A DNA stretch of 64,000 bases from Candidatus Obscuribacteraceae bacterium (GTDB taxonomy: Bacteria > Cyanobacteriota > Vampirovibrionia > Obscuribacterales > Obscuribacteraceae): assembly GCA_044226015.1 (NCBI GenBank), contig JBGAHS010000001.1, positions 128,001 through 192,000 of the forward strand, in the 5' to 3' direction. Under the pieces are notes generated by a model, which searched no databases, had not been told where the DNA came from, and was given only the letters and a program-made list of their open reading frames with translations. The first letter of the stretch is position 1. Each line of letters opens with the position of its first letter. This document shows positions 48,015 to 59,379 of this stretch, one piece after another. A program made the translations under genes and the position numbers.

Positions 48015-48791
48015 TCAGTAAGTGCGATTAATGATGGTGGTGCTGCTGCCGTCAGGATTTTGTTGAGTGGCAGAGGTATTCGGGCCGGGTGCTCGTATGA
48101 TGACCGGCTGTCCGTTTGGCGCATTAAGAATGACTGGTGACGCATCGCTGTAATCAACAGACCCGTTGGGGCCCTGCATGGAATAGCCGCTTCCGTAAGC
48201 TCCGGGGTAGCCAAAGCCGGGCATTCCGTAGTTATTTGTTGTGTTTCGCTGAAACCCGCCGAAGGGTGTGTTCACGCCAAAGGAAGAATTTGTTCTGATG
48301 TTTTGCATGCCGCTGTTCACCCATAAAGGTGGGCTACCGCTTAATGGTGTCTGCTGCGGTGAAGCTCCGCCAGCCGGCGTCTGAGCCGACCTAGCTGTGG
48401 CTTCCGGAGCATCTGCTGTAGTGTCTTTCGGAGCTTGTTTCAGGAAAACGCCAGGTTGCATCGAGAACGGCGAGTCGTTGGAAAGCACTCTCGGTTTGCG
48501 CGACTTTGCTAATTTCGCTGCCTCCGCGGTGAACTCTGTAGAGTCCTTGCCCTGTGCCTGGTAAAGCACTGCCAGATTGTTGTATGCGGCTTCAAGTGTC
48601 GTACTGTCTGTCTCTTCTGCCAAAACCTGGCGATAGAGCTTTTCGGCACGCTGGTAGTCTCCGGCTCTATAAGCCTTGATACCCTCGCTGTTTAAATCGG
48701 CAGCCAGTGCTGACGCAGAGGACACTAATGCGACTACTGCAAGCGATAGGTAATTTCTCTTGTTCATAGATGCTCCGTTTGATTTTTCCAT
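48015..48791 (-). CDS. Secreted TPR protein with disordered G/P/N-rich C-terminus
   Basis: Signal peptide ending ASALA-A; GIKAYRAGDYQRAEKLY and AAYNNLAVLY; start may be 48767. Confidence 0.7.
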   Translation of the reverse strand: MEKSNGASMNKRNYLSLAVVALVSSASALAADLNSEGIKAYRAGDYQRAEKLYRQVLAEETDSTTLEAAYNNLAVLYQAQGKDSTEFTAEAAKLAKSRKPRVLSNDSPFSMQPGVFLKQAPKDTTADAPEATARSAQTPAGGASPQQTPLSGSPPLWVNSGMQNIRTNSSFGVNTPFGGFQRNTTNNYGMPGFGYPGAYGSGYSMQGPNGSVDYSDASPVILNAPNGQPVIIRAPGPNTSATQQNPDGSSTTIINRTY

Positions 48792-48912
48792 TTTCCATCA
48801 ACGCGTCGTCTTGAGCAAGAGCTGAGCTAGACTTCTAACTTATTCTGATAGTCTGTGTAGCCGTCAACGATGGTACGGATGAACAATTCGGGGGGCGCTA
48901 ATGCTTTGCGGT

Positions 48913-49989
48913 TTAGTCTTCGTCCATATATTCGCGAAGTCTGCGGCTGCGATTTGGATGACGCAATTTTCGCAGGGCTTTGGACTCGATCTGGCGAATG
49001 CGTTCGCGCGTCACGCCGAACAGCTGTCCCACTTCTTCAAGTGTGCGTTGTCTGCCATCGTCGAGTCCGAAGCGAAGGCGAAGCACATCTCTTTCACGCG
49101 GTGATAGACCAGCCATAACTTCGATGATGTCATCGCGCAAGAGGTCCTGAGTTACATTGGTTGATGGAGTAGCTGCGTTACTATCTTCAATGAAATCGCC
49201 CAGCTTGCTGTCTTCTTCTTTCCCTACTGGAGTTTCTAGCGAGACTGGTTCTTGTGCAACTTTCACGATTTCGCGAAGCTTGTGCAGCGAAATTTCCATT
49301 GCTGAGGCAATTTCTTCCTCTGTTGGTTTTCGTCCTTTATCTTGCGCGAGCTTGCGGGTAATCTTTTTGAGTTTGTTGATTGTTTCAACCATGTGCACCG
49401 GAATTCTAATGGTGCGTGCCTGGTCTGCGATGGCTCTTGTGATTGCCTGGCGAATCCACCATGTTGCATACGTGCTGAACTTAAAGCCGCGCGAATGGTC
49501 GAACTTTTCGGCAGCTCTGATGAGACCCAGATTTCCTTCTTGAATCAAATCAAGAAAGAGCATTCCTCTGCCAACGTATTTTTTTGCGATTGATACCACA
49601 AGTCTCAAGTTCGCTTGCGTCAACTTTCGTTTTGCAATTGCGCCTTCAGCACCGCCTGCTTCAATCTTTCTTGCGAGCTCAATTTCCTGCTGCGCTGTGA
49701 GAAGTGGAATTTTTCCAATTTCGCGAAGGTACATTCTGACCGGGTCGTCTGAAGAGAGTCCCGCGGTTGCTTGTTTCGCGAATTCGTTAGGGTCTTCTTC
49801 TACGCGCGCATCGTCATCGTCAATGAAAAAGTCTATGTCATCAGTTCTCGATGCTCGTACATTGTTGCCACCAAGATCGGATTCTTCATCATCCATGATT
49901 TCATCAAGATCGGCAGATTTTGATTTGTCATTTTCGTCATCAGAACTAAGGCTGTCTGCAAAGTCTTCTCGTTCTTTTCCTTTATTCAC
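48913..49989 (-). CDS. rpoD: Primary RNA polymerase sigma factor (SigA/RpoD)
   Basis: [47 protein letters not shown] and [10 protein letters not shown] motifs. Confidence 0.96.
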   Translation of the reverse strand: MNKGKEREDFADSLSSDDENDKSKSADLDEIMDDEESDLGGNNVRASRTDDIDFFIDDDDARVEEDPNEFAKQATAGLSSDDPVRMYLREIGKIPLLTAQQEIELARKIEAGGAEGAIAKRKLTQANLRLVVSIAKKYVGRGMLFLDLIQEGNLGLIRAAEKFDHSRGFKFSTYATWWIRQAITRAIADQARTIRIPVHMVETINKLKKITRKLAQDKGRKPTEEEIASAMEISLHKLREIVKVAQEPVSLETPVGKEEDSKLGDFIEDSNAATPSTNVTQDLLRDDIIEVMAGLSPRERDVLRLRFGLDDGRQRTLEEVGQLFGVTRERIRQIESKALRKLRHPNRSRRLREYMDED

Positions 49990-51890
49990 GACTTAGTCTC
50001 CAACAGAAGGGCATCCAATCTCTCTCTCAAACTTCTCAATTCTGCGTCTGGCGTTCCTAAAAGCTTTGCTTCGATTTGCTTCATTTGAAGAATCTTCTGC
50101 GATATGACTTCTTCTTCTCGTTCATCGGGGCTTTGACGCAACTTCAATCTCAATTCGCTCATACCTCGGGAAAGTCTCTCTTTAATAAGACGAGACTCGC
50201 ACTCGATAAGAATAACGTGAATTGGAGATTTTTGCTGCTTCACTTCCTCAGCTTTTGCGGCAAGATCCCACAGTCGCTTGCTCGCTTCGAGGTCGGGTGA
50301 AAGCTTGTTCTGCAGTTTCTGCCAGAACTCATCACTGTTTGCATATTCACCGATGTCCTCGATGGCTTCCTTGATGCGCTGAGAAACAGGGTCTATCATG
50401 CGCTCGTCTTTTAGTTTTTCTCGCAGCCTCGAGTAATCATCACTGGAAATCAAGTAAATCGCCAACAAAGATAGCTCTGCTTCCGAGCCACCCTCTTTGG
50501 GCATGTTTTTCGGAATTGCTGGCGCTTTTGGTCTGTCTGCTTCCGGTGAGCCCAGGCGTTGCTGCCTTCTAAATTGAGTTACATCTGACAGCAACTCTTC
50601 TTCGCGCAGACCTAATTTCATTGCCCATTGACGAACGTATTCTCCGCGAGCAACATTGTTTTTGATGTTCGCGAGAATAGGCAATAAGGCTTTGGATGCT
50701 TCAATTCTGCCATTATGCGAATTGAGATCAACCGAAGCCGCTGCCTTGTCGAGTTGATAGTCTATGAGCAGCGGTGCATTCTCAATGCAATGCTCGAATC
50801 CTTTAGGACCTGCGTTAGGATCTGATGAACGCAGTGACTCGTCCGGATCTTTCCCACCTGGCACACGAATCACGCGCATTTCGATGCCGATGCCTTCGGC
50901 AATCTGATTCAGCGTTTCCATGCCGCGGTTTACTGCCGCTTCGCCGGCATTGTCTGAGTCAAAGCAGAGATAGACGCGCTTGCCTTCTGTGAAACGAACA
51001 AGTAGTTTGCCCTGGCGTTCTGTTAATGCTGTCCCTAAAGTAGCAACTGTATTTTTGAAACCATAGAGATGCGGAGTAATCGCATCGAAATAACCCTCAA
51101 CCACGATGACCGCATCTTTCTGTCTGATGTGATCTTTCGCCTGGTATAGCCCGAAGAGATTCTCACCTTTTATGTAGATTGGAGTTTCGGGAGAGTTGAT
51201 GTACTTTACGTTGTCGTCAGGGCTTAAAGCTCTGCCACCAAATGCGATGACTCTGCCTTGCACATCTTGAATCGGAATCATCAATCTGTTGCGGAAAAGA
51301 TCGTAAAAATGATTTGTCTCTTGTTTGCGGCGAACAAGCCCAGCTTCAAACAATGTTTCGTGACTAACTTTGTTTGCATCAGCAAGGTACGTCAAAAGAC
51401 CATCCCACGCCATCGGCGCGTAGCCTAATTTGAAACTAGCAATTGTTTCGTCGTCTATTCCACGTTTGTGCAAATAGTCGCGAGCAAACTGCCCTTCTTT
51501 TTCATCGAGCAATAAGCGTTGATAGAATTCGGCTGCTTGCTGGTAAAGCATAAGCATTGTACTGCGCTTATCGTATGCATTCTGATCTTCCTGTGACTCG
51601 ATAAGCTGCACGCCGTATTTCTGGGCTAACTCTTTCACGGACTCAATGAATCCAATCTTTTTTGTTTTCTGTATAAACGCAAATACGTCGCCGCCCTCGT
51701 TGCAACCGAAGCACTTGAAGATGCCACGCTCTGGGTTGACAAAGAATGAAGGTGATTTTTCGTTGTGAAAAGGGCAGAGTCCCTTGTAATGCTTGCCAGC
51801 GCGCTTTAATACAACGAGTTCGGAGACTATGTCTACGATTTTCGCCCTGTTGCGTACTTCAGCAATGACTTCTGTGGTGACACTTTTCAC
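49986..51890 (-). CDS. dnaG: DNA primase
   Basis: CHC2 zinc finger ([11 protein letters not shown]...CFGC), KYINSPET and Toprim ([15 protein letters not shown]); coupled to rpoD. Confidence 0.96.
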   Translation of the reverse strand: MKSVTTEVIAEVRNRAKIVDIVSELVVLKRAGKHYKGLCPFHNEKSPSFFVNPERGIFKCFGCNEGGDVFAFIQKTKKIGFIESVKELAQKYGVQLIESQEDQNAYDKRSTMLMLYQQAAEFYQRLLLDEKEGQFARDYLHKRGIDDETIASFKLGYAPMAWDGLLTYLADANKVSHETLFEAGLVRRKQETNHFYDLFRNRLMIPIQDVQGRVIAFGGRALSPDDNVKYINSPETPIYIKGENLFGLYQAKDHIRQKDAVIVVEGYFDAITPHLYGFKNTVATLGTALTERQGKLLVRFTEGKRVYLCFDSDNAGEAAVNRGMETLNQIAEGIGIEMRVIRVPGGKDPDESLRSSDPNAGPKGFEHCIENAPLLIDYQLDKAAASVDLNSHNGRIEASKALLPILANIKNNVARGEYVRQWAMKLGLREEELLSDVTQFRRQQRLGSPEADRPKAPAIPKNMPKEGGSEAELSLLAIYLISSDDYSRLREKLKDERMIDPVSQRIKEAIEDIGEYANSDEFWQKLQNKLSPDLEASKRLWDLAAKAEEVKQQKSPIHVILIECESRLIKERLSRGMSELRLKLRQSPDEREEEVISQKILQMKQIEAKLLGTPDAELRSLRERLDALLLETKS

Positions 51891-52101
51891 GGTCTGTATC
51901 CAACTGATATCTTGCGCTTATATCCCGGGCGAGCGGGAGAAGCTTGTCTCCAGCTGCCTGTTTGTTTGAGCTATAGTTTGGCACAAATCTAGTGATTGGT
52001 TGTTAAAAGCAAGCGATAGTGGGCGCTGCCAAGTGGCGCTAGGGCGACCAGAAACGATATGATTTCGGAGCAGTTTCGACCACGCTGGAAAGTTTGGAAT
52101 A

Positions 52102-53682
52102 ATGTTCTTTAAATTCTTTGCAAAAGAATATTCACCTTTGCGCTTACAGTCTGCGACTGCTGCGGTTTGTCTGCTGATTTTGTCCATGAATGGCGGCAAT
52201 CTCTCAGCTTTAGCAGAACAAGCAGAGAAGCATCAGGCTGAAGAAGTTCACGAAAAGTCCGGTTCACCTGCTGAAAGCTCAGAAATTGACAAGGCGAAAA
52301 GCAGGAAGAAGTCGGGAAAAGATGGTAGCGCCAAAGAATCTGCTGGCGATGTGGCTGCTAGAGAGAAGAAACGAAGCAAAGACCACGACAAGGAGCAATC
52401 TGAGCAGCCATCTAAAGCGAATGACAAAGAACAGCCGCTGCCGCAGCGTGTTTATCATCAAGCCTGGGAGCTGATCAAGAAGTCTTTCTATCTTCCTGAG
52501 TATAACGACCAGAAGTGGGATCGTTGGGAACACAAGTACGACAACTTGCTGAAAACAGATGAAGATGAGCAAAAGGCAATCGACACCATGTTGGCGAGTT
52601 TGGGTGATAAATACACGAGATATCTGAACAAAGCTGCATTTGAGGATGAGACGACTAGCATCAAGGGGGCGATTGGTGGCATTGGCGTGCAGATCGCCTA
52701 CGACCAGAATGGAGAGCTAGTAGTTCTCGCTGCGCTGGAAGGAACTCCCGCAGGCAAGGCTGGTGTGCAAGCCAACGATAGAATCGAGCTGATTAACGGC
52801 GAGCCCACCAAGGGGCTGACGGTGCAGCAAGCCTCGTCCAAGTTGCGAGGTGAAATTGGCACAGATGTTGTTATAAAAGTTCTGCGCAACAAAGTGCCTT
52901 TGGAATTCAAATTGACGCGTGATGAAATTGTTTTGCGGTCTGTGCAGAATGTGGAAATGTTGAATTCTGATATCGGCTATATTCGCCTTAGTACCTTTCT
53001 TTCATCGCGTGCTGGACGTGAAGTGCAAGAAGCTCTTGTGCAGCTGACTCCGGCGCGGGGAATAATTCTTGACCTTCGAGAAAATCCAGGTGGTTTGGTA
53101 TCAAATGCTATCGACATCTGTAGCTTGTTCATTAGGGCAGGCGTTGTTGTTTCTACGGTCGATAGAAACGGGCACTCCGGCGATGCACGTGTTAATGGGC
53201 GGTTCATCAGCAATCAGCCGCTTGTTGTTTTGTTGGATCAAAACACCGCGAGCGCAGCAGAAATTACCAGTGGTGCACTGAAAGATACTGGACGTGCTTT
53301 GCTTGTGGGTGCGAAACGAAGTTTTGGTAAAGGGCTCGTGCAGTCTGTAACCCGTATGGAGGACGGTTCTGGGGTTAATTGCACAATCGCAAAATATGTT
53401 ACGCCGAATGGCGTCGACATCAACAAAAAAGGAATTGAGCCTGATTATATTGTTGAGTTGGACAACAACGATTACAAAGAGGGACGTGGTCCATGGTGGC
53501 GCTACCCCGGAAAGGACAATACTAAGCCGACTCCGCGTGATACCAAGGATATTCAGCTAAAGAAAGCACTTGAGGTTATTGAGCAGAAAGTCAAATCTGA
53601 GGCGCCGCAGTACGAGTTGAAACTTCAACCGGAAGAGAAAAATTATGAGCTCAAGCTTCAGGTGCCATTCGGCGGTCGCTAG
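52102..53682 (+). CDS. ctpA: Carboxyl-terminal processing protease (S41A) with PDZ domain
   Basis: LGDKYTRY, GIGVQI PDZ, ILDLRENPGG, TASAAEI, SFGKGLVQ and GIEPD motifs. Confidence 0.92.
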   Translation: MFFKFFAKEYSPLRLQSATAAVCLLILSMNGGNLSALAEQAEKHQAEEVHEKSGSPAESSEIDKAKSRKKSGKDGSAKESAGDVAAREKKRSKDHDKEQSEQPSKANDKEQPLPQRVYHQAWELIKKSFYLPEYNDQKWDRWEHKYDNLLKTDEDEQKAIDTMLASLGDKYTRYLNKAAFEDETTSIKGAIGGIGVQIAYDQNGELVVLAALEGTPAGKAGVQANDRIELINGEPTKGLTVQQASSKLRGEIGTDVVIKVLRNKVPLEFKLTRDEIVLRSVQNVEMLNSDIGYIRLSTFLSSRAGREVQEALVQLTPARGIILDLRENPGGLVSNAIDICSLFIRAGVVVSTVDRNGHSGDARVNGRFISNQPLVVLLDQNTASAAEITSGALKDTGRALLVGAKRSFGKGLVQSVTRMEDGSGVNCTIAKYVTPNGVDINKKGIEPDYIVELDNNDYKEGRGPWWRYPGKDNTKPTPRDTKDIQLKKALEVIEQKVKSEAPQYELKLQPEEKNYELKLQVPFGGR

Positions 53683-53696
53683 TTCTGGAGTGAAGG

Positions 53697-55256
53697 CTAC
53701 CAGATATCGCCTTTCTCTTTCTTCTTGCCCTTGCCTTTGCCCTTATTCAGGTCAAGTCCGCTGATCATATCCTGGCTAATAGCAGCTTCAATTGATTTGC
53801 GTTTCTCTTCTGGAATTTGCGCTGCAATTCCATCTGCGCGCGTCAGAAGATCCTCATAAGCACCTTGCTGTGCACCCTGCAAAATCAAGCAGTTGCCCAG
53901 GTTGCGCAGTGCAGCAACCAGCGAGGGGTTTTTAGGACCGAGGGTCTTTTCTCTGATTGAAAGTTCTCTTCTAAGCAGATTTTCTGCTTTCTTATATTCA
54001 GCTTGTGAAACGAAAATTTCAGCCATTCCGTGGATGTTAGCGATCATATCCATGGGGTTTTGACCATCTAATTTCTCTTGAATCGCAAGCGACTTGTTGA
54101 AAGCATCAAGCGCATCCTGATTCTTTCCTTGTCGAGAAAGTCGATAACCAAGATTTGAATAGGTTATCGCTACTTGCATATTCGAATTGCCAAAGAGCTT
54201 TTGGTAGATTGCCAGAGCTTTTCTCGATAGTGTCTCCGCTTCTGCATACTTTCCCTCTGCGAAGTATGTCGTGCCGAGTTGTTCGGCGCAGATTGCTGTT
54301 GCCAATTTGTCTGGAGCTTTCTTTTCGAAGATGCCTATGGCGCTCTCTAAAAGTGGTGTCGCCTTTGCAGCTTTGTGTTCGCGCATGTAAAAAGATGCCA
54401 GGTCAGTCATGCATTGAGCTGCTTCGGGGCTATCAGTTCCGAGTTTGCTCTGGAACATTTTGATCGCGAGCTGTTCCTCAGCTTCTACTTCTTTTGGTTT
54501 GTTCATTCGTTGATAAAGCAGAGCGATATTTGCATGAACGGTGGCTTCGTCAGCTGATTCTGGTTTGTTCTTTTTCACGAGCGCGAGAGTCTTGCGGTAA
54601 AGTTCAAGTGCATCTTCGTACTGCTCTTTTGTTTTGTATAGCGACGCAAGCTTGCTCATTACCGCGGCTAGTTCAGCTTCGTTCTTTGCTATTTCTGCTC
54701 GGGCGATAACCTGTTTGTACATTGCTTCTGCTTCAGGATGTCTTTTCTGTGCGCGATACAAATCTGCAAGCACAAGGCAGACTTGAGTTCTGTTAGCATC
54801 AGAGTTTCCTTGTGACGCTTCCATCTTCAGTGTGTCTTTCAAAAGTTTTTCGCCTGCAGCAAATTTTCCTTCCTGCAGCGCTTTAAGCCCATCGTTGTAA
54901 TTTTTTGCGAACGATGGCGCTGCGGCAGAGCTAGCTGGCTTTGGATCTGTGGCGGTGGCTGATTTCGGATCTGCTGACTTTGAATCCGCGGGTGCGCTGG
55001 ATTTTGGATCTGCGGGTGCGCTGGATTTTGAATCCGCAGGTGCAGCAGAGTTTGCATCGGCCAAATAGTTTCGTCCCATAGCCCTCTGCTGACTATGCGT
55101 ATCATTTTTCGAGCTCTGCTGACTCAGAGCGGATTTAGGCTCTGTTGCTTTTGCCTCGCTCTTGCCAAAGTCTTCGCCGAGAGCTGGGCTATTTGTAAGA
55201 CTCAAAAATGCCGTAGCTATTGAGGCTAGCACTTGGATACGCCAGAAGTTCAACAT
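53697..55256 (-). CDS. Secreted TPR_12-repeat protein
   Basis: Signal peptide; short APADSKSS repeats (~54940-55045); ~8 kinesin-light-chain-like TPRs. Confidence 0.82.
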   Translation of the reverse strand: MLNFWRIQVLASIATAFLSLTNSPALGEDFGKSEAKATEPKSALSQQSSKNDTHSQQRAMGRNYLADANSAAPADSKSSAPADPKSSAPADSKSADPKSATATDPKPASSAAAPSFAKNYNDGLKALQEGKFAAGEKLLKDTLKMEASQGNSDANRTQVCLVLADLYRAQKRHPEAEAMYKQVIARAEIAKNEAELAAVMSKLASLYKTKEQYEDALELYRKTLALVKKNKPESADEATVHANIALLYQRMNKPKEVEAEEQLAIKMFQSKLGTDSPEAAQCMTDLASFYMREHKAAKATPLLESAIGIFEKKAPDKLATAICAEQLGTTYFAEGKYAEAETLSRKALAIYQKLFGNSNMQVAITYSNLGYRLSRQGKNQDALDAFNKSLAIQEKLDGQNPMDMIANIHGMAEIFVSQAEYKKAENLLRRELSIREKTLGPKNPSLVAALRNLGNCLILQGAQQGAYEDLLTRADGIAAQIPEEKRKSIEAAISQDMISGLDLNKGKGKGKKKEKGDIW

Positions 55257-55480
55257 TATCTAATCTCGCTCGCAATCTTATGTATGTTGGAGAGTTTGGG
55301 GCTAGTATGTGAGCAATTTTCGGCCAAGTTCTAATCATTTGTATTAGCAACTGGCCATCTGACGGGGAATCACTAAGTAGTAAGCATCAGTTCTGTATGG
55401 ACCCATTGAGTTCTTCGCATCTGATAGATCCGCTTCATCATAGGTAACCAGACGTAATCCCAGCCTCAGGAACTAGAGAA

Positions 55481-56902
55481 ATGAAAACACTTATCAAGAA
55501 TGGACGCATTGTAACCGCTGTAGATGACTATCGTGCAGACATTCTCGTTGAGGATGAAACTATTACGATGATCGGCGCGAAACTTGATGTTCAGGCTGAC
55601 AAGGTAATTGATGCAAATGATAAGCTCGTTATTCCTGGAGGCATCGACCCACATACTCACATGGACATGCCTTTTGGCGGCACTACATCGGCTGATGATT
55701 TCTTGACTGGAACAAGAGCTGCTGCGCACGGTGGCACAACAACGATTATCGACTTCGCAATTCAAAGCAAAGGCGAGTCGATGTTGAAAGCGCTTGAAGT
55801 ATGGCACGAGAAAGCCGCAGGGAAGGCGGCGATCGATTATGCGTTCCACATGATTGTCACCGACCTTTCTCCAAAAGATCATGTGCCTGAGATGCGTCAA
55901 CTAATGAAGCACGAAGGTGTGCTCAGCTTCAAGCTGTTCATGGCTTATCCTGGAGTTCTTCTTGCCGATGACGCCACCATATTCCGCGCAATGACGGTGG
56001 CTGGTGAAGAAGGCGGGCTAATTTGCATGCATGCAGAAAATGGCATTGTTATCAATGAGATTGTTGCCAAAGCGCTAGCTGAAGGTAAGACGGCTCCCAA
56101 ATACCATGCTTTGACTCGACCAACAAAGGCTGAAGCTGAAGGTGTCTATCGCTCAATTTGCCTTGCAGAAATGGCTGGCACGCCGGTGTACATTGTTCAC
56201 CTTAGTTGCTATGACGCATTGCGCAAGGTGAAGGAAGCAAGAGATGAAGGCATTCCAGTGTTTGCGGAAACCTGTCCTCAATACCTTTTCCTCGATCATA
56301 GTCATTATGAGCAAGAAGGCTTCGAGGGCGCGAAATATGTTATGACGCCAGCACTTCGCGAAAAATGGAATCAAGACGAACTCTGGATTGGTCTGCGGAT
56401 GAACGATTTGCAGCTGGTGGCAACTGACCATTGTCCGTTCTGTTTCAAGGACCAAAAACAGCTCGGCAAGGACGATTTCAGCAAAATTCCTAACGGCGGA
56501 CCTGGTGTAGAAAATCGCATGAGCCTCATTTATAACGGTGGCGTGGCGCAAAATCGTATCTCTCTTAATCGATTTGTTGAGATAACTTCAACTGCGGCTG
56601 CAAAGATTTTTGGACTATTTCCGAAGAAAGGAACCATTGCTGTAGGCTCGGATGCAGACATCGTTATCTTTAATCCGAATAAAAAGATGACAATAAGTGC
56701 CAAGACACATCACATGAACGTAGACTACAATTGCTACGAGGGAATGGAAGTAACTGGCGTTACCGAAACAGTTCTCAGCCGAGGCAGAGTTGTCATCGAG
56801 GATGGCAAGTATCTAGGAAAACCAGGAGATGGTAAATTCCTGAAGCGCAGCAACATTCAGCAAGCTCTGAGACCGTTGCAATCAACAGGGCGCAGACAGT
56901 AG
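55481..56902 (+). CDS. hydA: Dihydropyrimidinase / D-hydantoinase
   Basis: PGGIDPHTH, SFKLFMAY, MHAENG, YIVHLS, ETCPQY, ATDHCPF and KIPNG motifs. Confidence 0.93.
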   Translation: MKTLIKNGRIVTAVDDYRADILVEDETITMIGAKLDVQADKVIDANDKLVIPGGIDPHTHMDMPFGGTTSADDFLTGTRAAAHGGTTTIIDFAIQSKGESMLKALEVWHEKAAGKAAIDYAFHMIVTDLSPKDHVPEMRQLMKHEGVLSFKLFMAYPGVLLADDATIFRAMTVAGEEGGLICMHAENGIVINEIVAKALAEGKTAPKYHALTRPTKAEAEGVYRSICLAEMAGTPVYIVHLSCYDALRKVKEARDEGIPVFAETCPQYLFLDHSHYEQEGFEGAKYVMTPALREKWNQDELWIGLRMNDLQLVATDHCPFCFKDQKQLGKDDFSKIPNGGPGVENRMSLIYNGGVAQNRISLNRFVEITSTAAAKIFGLFPKKGTIAVGSDADIVIFNPNKKMTISAKTHHMNVDYNCYEGMEVTGVTETVLSRGRVVIEDGKYLGKPGDGKFLKRSNIQQALRPLQSTGRRQ

Positions 56903-56945
56903 GCAACAGGTGAAAGCGGGAATCAAGGGAATCCGAGGGGAAATC

Positions 56946-57869
56946 ATGTCATCAAAGATCACTGTAAACACAGCTTTCAAGAGCCTGATCACTGAAGAGC
57001 GCAACAAGAGAACAATGAATCTCGACACGCTCAGCACGGAAGATCTTGTTCGTACAGTTCAAAGTGAAGACATCGAGGTCGCCAAAGCTGTTAGCGAGTG
57101 TGTTCCTTCAATCGCGTTGGCTGTTGAGCTTATTGCAGAGCAACTTTCGCAAGGTGGAAGGCTAATTTATTTTGGAGCAGGAACAAGCGGTCGCCTCGGT
57201 GTTCTCGATGCGACCGAATGCACTCCAACATTCGGTGTTGAGGCGCACATGGTGCAAGCTTGGATTGCTGGCGGCAAAGAAGCAATGTTCACCTCGTTTG
57301 AAAACGCTGAAGATTCCTACGAAATGGGTGAGGAAGATGCGCAACGTGCAAACGTTAGCGATAAGGATGTAATCATAGGCATTTCCGCAAGTGGCAGAAC
57401 CCCTTATGTTTTGGGAGCAATGAAGACATCGAAAGAGCGCGGCGCCAAAGTAGTAGCGGTAATAAACAATCCTCTCTCTGCGATGGCATCAATGGCTGAT
57501 GTGAGCATCGCTGCTGTCGTCGGTCCTGAAGCTATCACTGGTTCCACCAGAATGAAAGCTGGCACTGCTCAGAAAATGATCTTGAATCTTTTGTCGACGA
57601 CCGCAATGGTCAAGCTGGGTAAGGTTTACGAAAACCTGATGGTTGACTTGAAGCCAACAAACGATAAGTTGAGAGAGCGTGCTCTTTCCATCATCTGCAC
57701 GGTTTGCGATGTTCAAAGACCGATTGCTGAAGGTGCTCTCGTTGCTTCTAACAACAAAGTGAAGACTGCAATTTTGATGATCAAGCGTAAGTTGGGTCGC
57801 GCTCAAGCTGAAGAGTTGCTCGTGAAGTGCAAGCATTCGCTGCGTCTGGCTTTAGACCAGCAAAAGTAA
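56946..57869 (+). CDS. murQ: N-acetylmuramic acid 6-phosphate etherase
   Basis: TEERN, GAGTSGRLGVLDATECTPTFG, GPEAITGSTRMKAGTAQK and NLMVD motifs. Confidence 0.95.
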   Translation: MSSKITVNTAFKSLITEERNKRTMNLDTLSTEDLVRTVQSEDIEVAKAVSECVPSIALAVELIAEQLSQGGRLIYFGAGTSGRLGVLDATECTPTFGVEAHMVQAWIAGGKEAMFTSFENAEDSYEMGEEDAQRANVSDKDVIIGISASGRTPYVLGAMKTSKERGAKVVAVINNPLSAMASMADVSIAAVVGPEAITGSTRMKAGTAQKMILNLLSTTAMVKLGKVYENLMVDLKPTNDKLRERALSIICTVCDVQRPIAEGALVASNNKVKTAILMIKRKLGRAQAEELLVKCKHSLRLALDQQK

Positions 57870-57914
57870 GTTCGACAATTGTGCTATATTGACCAGGTCA
57901 AAGTAGAGGTGCTT

Positions 57915-58742
57915 ATGAAATCTGCAGCCTGGTTGTCTGTGCCATTGTGTTTATTGATCTTGCAGGCGTGTTCGCCACAGCAAGGAAAATTGGCGCCGAC
58001 GGACAATAGTGCACAGACTACTAGCTCGACTGATACAGCTTCGAGTCAGCAAGCCGCTGGTGATGCTAACCCACAGGCTGCGCAAGGTGGTGCACCCGAT
58101 GCGTCTGGAGCTCCAAAGGGCAACCCTGCCGGAGCACCGCCATCCCCACCAGGCAGCGAGCCGACTAAAGAGCAGCTTTCAGCAATGCCAAAATCACAGC
58201 GCTTGTTTGAGGCATCTAAAGCTGCATTGAAGCGCAATGATGTAAAAGGATGCTTTGAGATTTTAGACAATGCGGTTCTTGCTGCTAAGGACGAGCACAA
58301 CATTGCTGCTGTAATTTTGTGCCGTGAGACTCAGGCTAAAATTCGTGCGGCTGAGCACAAAAACAAAGAAGCCATCGATATTCTGGAAAAGACCTTGAAG
58401 GAGTACGACAAGCCTGGGCTGGATGAGAATACATCCATGCGCATGGACACTCCAAAGGGTTTGCTGGCGAATTTGAAGGCTGTGGTTGATGGACCTGCTT
58501 CCGCAGAACCAATGTATGTGAAAGGGCTTGAAATAGCCAAAAAGCAGAAGCCTGTGAATCATGCTCGTGTTGCTTTCTGGTTGAATAATTGCGCTGAGTT
58601 CTATCACTTCAAGAAAGATGATAAGAAGGCGAATGAATATTCCAAGCAGTTCAAAGCTGAGATGGACATCTTGCAAGCGCAGCAGCCTGGACAGGGCATG
58701 CCACCTCAAACTGCACAAAAGCCAAGCAAAGGCAGCCATTAG
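57915..58742 (+). CDS. Lipoprotein with TPR-like helical domain
   Basis: Lipobox LQAC, Pro/Ala linker and helical repeats; GAGG RBS before ATG 57915. Confidence 0.72.
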   Translation: MKSAAWLSVPLCLLILQACSPQQGKLAPTDNSAQTTSSTDTASSQQAAGDANPQAAQGGAPDASGAPKGNPAGAPPSPPGSEPTKEQLSAMPKSQRLFEASKAALKRNDVKGCFEILDNAVLAAKDEHNIAAVILCRETQAKIRAAEHKNKEAIDILEKTLKEYDKPGLDENTSMRMDTPKGLLANLKAVVDGPASAEPMYVKGLEIAKKQKPVNHARVAFWLNNCAEFYHFKKDDKKANEYSKQFKAEMDILQAQQPGQGMPPQTAQKPSKGSH

Positions 58743-58764
58743 TTTTCGTTTGCCGTGGTGATAG

Positions 58765-59379
58765 ATGTCTGCTGAGGAACTGATTCAAGCACACATCAAT
58801 GCTTTAAAGAAATGCACGCTCTGTCCTAAGATGATTGGACCGGTGATTTCACATCGTCCAGTAATCAGCAAAATTTACTTGTGTGGGCAAGCACCAGGCG
58901 GAAGGGAAGGAGCGTTGGGCAGACCGTTTGCTTGGACTGCGGGCAAGACGCTTTTTCGATGGCTTGCTAGTGCTGGAGCCGATGAAGAGACATTTCGTTC
59001 TCGTGCTTATATCGGCGCAGTTTGCCGCTGTTTTCCAGGAAGAAACAAAGCTGGTGGTGACAGGGTGCCTGCAGCTGACGAGATTGCGAATTGCTCGCGA
59101 TGGATGAAAGCAGAGTTTGAGATTCTAAAGCCTGAGCTCGTGATACCGGTTGGAAAACTAGCCATTGAGCTGTTTTTGCCGAAGCAGAAACTGACTGATG
59201 CGGTGGGTAATACTTTTCGTAGAGAGCTATATGGCACCACATTCGATATCATTCCCCTTCCGCATCCATCTGGTGCTTCATCGTGGTTTAAGATTGAGCC
59301 CGGGAAGTCTCTAACTGCCAAAGCTTTAGCGCTGATTGCTGAGCACCCAGTGTGGCTAGAAACTTTTGGGAAGGTGTAG
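58765..59379 (+). CDS. Uracil-DNA glycosylase family protein (Fe-S type)
   Basis: CTLC, GQAPG, RPF, CRCFPG, C-SRW and PLPHPSG motifs. Confidence 0.88.
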   Translation: MSAEELIQAHINALKKCTLCPKMIGPVISHRPVISKIYLCGQAPGGREGALGRPFAWTAGKTLFRWLASAGADEETFRSRAYIGAVCRCFPGRNKAGGDRVPAADEIANCSRWMKAEFEILKPELVIPVGKLAIELFLPKQKLTDAVGNTFRRELYGTTFDIIPLPHPSGASSWFKIEPGKSLTAKALALIAEHPVWLETFGKV